This document shows positions 8,791 to 10,860 of a stretch of DNA of 10,860 nt, in pieces. Position numbers and translations under genes: made by a program. Origin of the DNA: Octopus sinensis (Eukaryota). The notes beneath the pieces are model-generated. The model saw only the letters and a list, made by a program, of their open reading frames with translations. It ran no database searches and had not been told where the DNA came from. The first letter of the stretch is position 1. Each line of letters opens with the position of its first letter. Location: the NCBI RefSeq assembly GCF_006345805.1, contig NW_021827291.1:1-10860 (forward strand), read 5' to 3'.

Positions 8791-8842
8791 AACACAACGT
8801 TTCAGCTAATATGCCCCCCCCCCCCAGCCTTCATCAGGTGTC
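8791..8842 (-). ncRNA. Minimal type I hammerhead ribozyme motif (Penelope-associated type)
   Basis: Minus strand: GACAC (stem I) CUGAUGA (8837-8831) A GGCUG [G11 CAUAU loop] UAGCU (stem II, two G-U pairs) GAAA (8803-8800) C GUU / GUGUU. Stem I is 5 bp; stem III is the loopless palindrome ACGU; the predicted cleavage is between 8796 and 8795. Activity is untested. Confidence 0.72.
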
Positions 8843-8890
8843 TTGGGGAAATTTCGAACCCGAGTTCTCATTCCTAAGGTACTTTTAGAT

Positions 8891-8897
8891 GTTGTTG

Positions 8898-8928
<31 letters not shown>

Positions 8929-8970
8929 ATGATTATTATTATATTATTATTATTATTGTTATTATTATTA

Positions 8971-9006
<36 letters not shown>

Positions 9007-9104
9007 TATTATTATTATTATTATTATCATATTATTATTATTATTATTATATTATTATTATTATTATTATTGTTATTATTATTATTATTATTTTATTATT
9101 ATTA

Positions 9105-9138
<34 letters not shown>

Positions 9139-9167
9139 GTTATTATTATTATTATTATTATCAATTA

Positions 9168-9204
<37 letters not shown>

Positions 9205-9232
9205 TATTATTATCATATCATTATTATTATTA
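8891..9232. repeat. Long (TTA)n microsatellite preceded by (TTG)n, internal to the family B element
   Basis: Direct reading. Confidence 0.97.
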
Positions 9233-9306
9233 TGATCACTGCTTGGAATCGAACTCGGAATCTTGGGGTTGGCAGCCCGCGTGCTTAACCTCAAGGTCAT
9301 ATGCCC

Positions 9307-9386
9307 GGCTGGAGGAAAAAATCAACCGAAACGTAGAGTTAACAACAAGCAAGATGGGGACAGATATTCGTCAATTGTAAATAATG
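9307..9386 (+). repeat. Inverted partial copy of the family B tail
   Basis: 9328-9386 matches the reverse complement of 8745-8803 at 52 of 59 bases by hand alignment. Similarity extends to GGCTG at 9307 (equivalent to 8829-8825). It abuts the tRNA head start at 9306. Confidence 0.9.
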
Positions 9387-9402
9387 AGCGAACTTCTGTT
9401 TT

Positions 9403-9750
9403 GTATGTGTGCGTGTGTGTGATGTGTGTGTGTGTGTGTGTGTTGTGTGTGTGTGGTGTGTGTGTGTGTGTGTGTGTTCCACAGCTGTAGATTGTATCAC
9501 ATACAGGCACTTGTTTTCAAGTGTTATACTTTACTTCACTAGGTTTCGTACAGCAACCTGTGTGTGTGCATGTATGTGTGTGTGTGTGCGTGTGTGTGTA
9601 TCTGTTTGGGTCTGCGCGTCTGTGTATGTGCTGTGAATGTATGCATGCATGTATGTATGTATGTATGTATATATGTATACACATGTCTACACGTATAGAC
9701 ACGTATGTTTCTCTGTGTGTGTATATGTGTGAGCACATCCGCGCGCATGT
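9403..9750. repeat. (TG)n/(TATG)n low-complexity field with a short unique interruption
   Basis: Direct reading. Confidence 0.88.
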
Positions 9751-9836
9751 GTACGAAGGTGGACTCACAAGTTCATAGGCTGAGGGACTGATTCTAGAGT
9801 TGTGAAATCTTGCTTGCATCAATTTCAAATCTTCTT

Positions 9837-10199
9837 ATTAACTCCACTTTGCGAAGACGGATGTATTGTTTCCGTTGTGTCTGTTTGTTTGTCCGTGGAC
9901 AAGATATCTCAAGAACCGCTGGATAAATTCAGATGAAACTTTTAGGGATGTTTGACCGCGTGACTGGCACGAACTGGTTAGATTTTGGCATCGATCCGGT
10001 ACCGGACAAGGATTCTAGATTATTTTTTCTGCTTTTTTTTTTTACTTAATTTCGGTCGGGTTCATTTTTAGTATTCTCGTTTGTAAGAGCAGTCGAGTTT
10101 ATTTCAGATATTCTCGTTTTAAAAATAATCTCCAGCTGGTCGTTGAGAGGACGTTAGTGTTGCCTTGGCAGAGGTTTGCGCTCTCTGTGCGCTCTTGTT
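9837..10199 (+). mobile_element. Non-autonomous Helentron/DINE-1-like element (HINE)
   Basis: TT-flanked. Decayed 5' palindrome ACTCCACTTT-GCG-AAGACGGATGT (9841-9864), (GTYT)n-like tract at ~9879-9895, internal perfect palindrome TCCGGTACCGGA (9995-10006), 3' sub-terminal CCTTGGCAGAGGT (10163-10175), short stem-loop GCGC-TCTCTGT-GCGC (10178-10192), and end CTTGTT. Confidence 0.68.
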
Positions 10200-10403
10200 A
10201 AAAACTGCATTGCTGCTTTCCAAGTAAACTGACAACTGACCGTTCAAAGAAAATCCAAACGTAACTAGTAGCGAAAATGGACAAAATTTAACATCGTGAT
10301 GTTATCAAGTACCTGCCAAAAAAAAAAAAAAGGGTTTAGTCCCAAGGTCATTCATGCTGATATACATGCTACATTAGGGGATGATGCTCCAGCTTTATTA
10401 ACA

Positions 10404-10815
10404 GGCGCAGGAGTGGCTGTGTGGTAAGTAGCTTGCTAACCAACCACATGGTTCCGGGTTCAGTCCCACTGCGTGGCATCTTGGGCAAGTGTCTTCTGCT
10501 ATAGCCCCGGGCCGACCAATGCCTTGTGAGTGGATTTGGTAGACGGAAACTGAAAGTAGCCCGTCGTATATATGTATATATATATGTGTGTGTATATGTT
10601 TGTGTGTCTGTGTTTGTCCCCCTAGCATTGCTTGACAACCGATGCTGGTGTGTTTACGTCCCCGTTACTTAGCGGTTCGGCAAAAGAGACCGATAGAATA
10701 AGTACTGGCTTACAAAGAATAAGTCCCGGGGTCGATTTGCTCGACTAAAGGCGGTGCTCCAGCATGGCCGCAGTCAAATGACTGAAACAAGTAAAAGAGA
10801 AAAGAGAGAGAGAGA
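10404..10815 (+). mobile_element. tRNA-derived SINE, family C, with CORE-like segment, internal (TA/TG)n and (AG)n tail
   Basis: A box TGGCTGTGTGG (10414-10424), B box GGTTCAGTCCC (10457-10467), CTTGGGCAAGT (10480-10490, CORE-like), 3' hairpin CAGTC-AAAT-GACTG (10771-10784) and AG-rich tail. It interrupts the mariner frame exactly between codons ACA and GTG. Confidence 0.88.
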
Positions 10816-10860
10816 GTGCAAAAGTGGGCAGCTGAATTTAATATACCATTAGTAAGTCCC

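Larger units (their letters stand above)
8716..9306 (-). mobile_element. SINE-like element, family B: tRNA-like head, (AAT)n middle, hammerhead-bearing tail and 9-bp tandem repeats; may extend to 8619
   Basis: Minus strand from 9306 reads GGGCATATGACCTTGAGGTTAAGCACGCGGGCTGCCAACCCCAAGATTCCGAGTTCGATTCC (degenerate A box; B box at 9256-9245). Then (AAT)n at 9232-8891, a tail with CTGATGA...GAAAC, and ~4.7 copies of the 9-mer TACATTATT (plus strand) at 8716-8757. That head and tail belong to one unit is an inference from orientation and order. Confidence 0.68.
9754..10840 (+). mobile_element. Mariner (Tc1/mariner) relic: left TIR, 5' UTR and transposase N-terminus, split by two insertions
   Basis: TA at 9752-9753 is followed by CGAAGGTGGACTCACAAGTTCATAGGCTGA, which resembles a Himar1-type ITR. 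ATG at 10277 gives MDKI*HRDVIKYL, a frameshift in the A14 run, then KGFSPKVIHADIHATLGDDAPALLT (to 10403), resuming at 10816 as VQKWAAEF. This is the mariner HTH region (G..P..IH....G..A....V..W..EF). Confidence 0.82.

Noticed and set aside
9233-9306. Functional tRNA gene (also the heads at 3098 and 10404)
   Set aside because: Acceptor and anticodon stems do not close properly, and the heads run into SINE bodies.
8745-9386. MITE with ~60-85 bp terminal inverted repeats
   Set aside because: The left arm continues into 9-bp repeats and a full hammerhead, the right arm is a truncated copy abutting a tRNA head, and I see no TSD outside the arms. It is kept only as the alternative to test.

Overview
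Eukaryotic, repeat-saturated non-coding DNA. The repeat families look like an octopus/coleoid cephalopod genome; that is my recognition, not a database result. No intact host gene is supportable, and almost every long ORF in the track is a microsatellite artefact. The window holds: (i) the 3' part of a decayed R4/Dong-type RLE retrotransposon (1-~1760), split by a TSD-flanked RTE-like 3' fragment; (ii) five units of one tRNA-headed SINE family (one inverted, one solo, one mosaic head-to-tail trimer); (iii) a frameshifted Penelope-like RT relic; (iv) large di/tri/tetranucleotide repeat fields; (v) a mariner relic split by a Helentron/DINE-1-like element and a second tRNA SINE. The most interesting object is at 8716-9386. 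It is a minus-strand element with a tRNA-like Pol III head, an (AAT)n middle and a 3' tail carrying a minimal type I hammerhead ribozyme motif (8791-8842) of the Penelope-associated, dimer-cleaving kind. An inverted partial copy of the same tail abuts its 5' end. It is a candidate ribozyme-bearing, Penelope-mobilised SINE.
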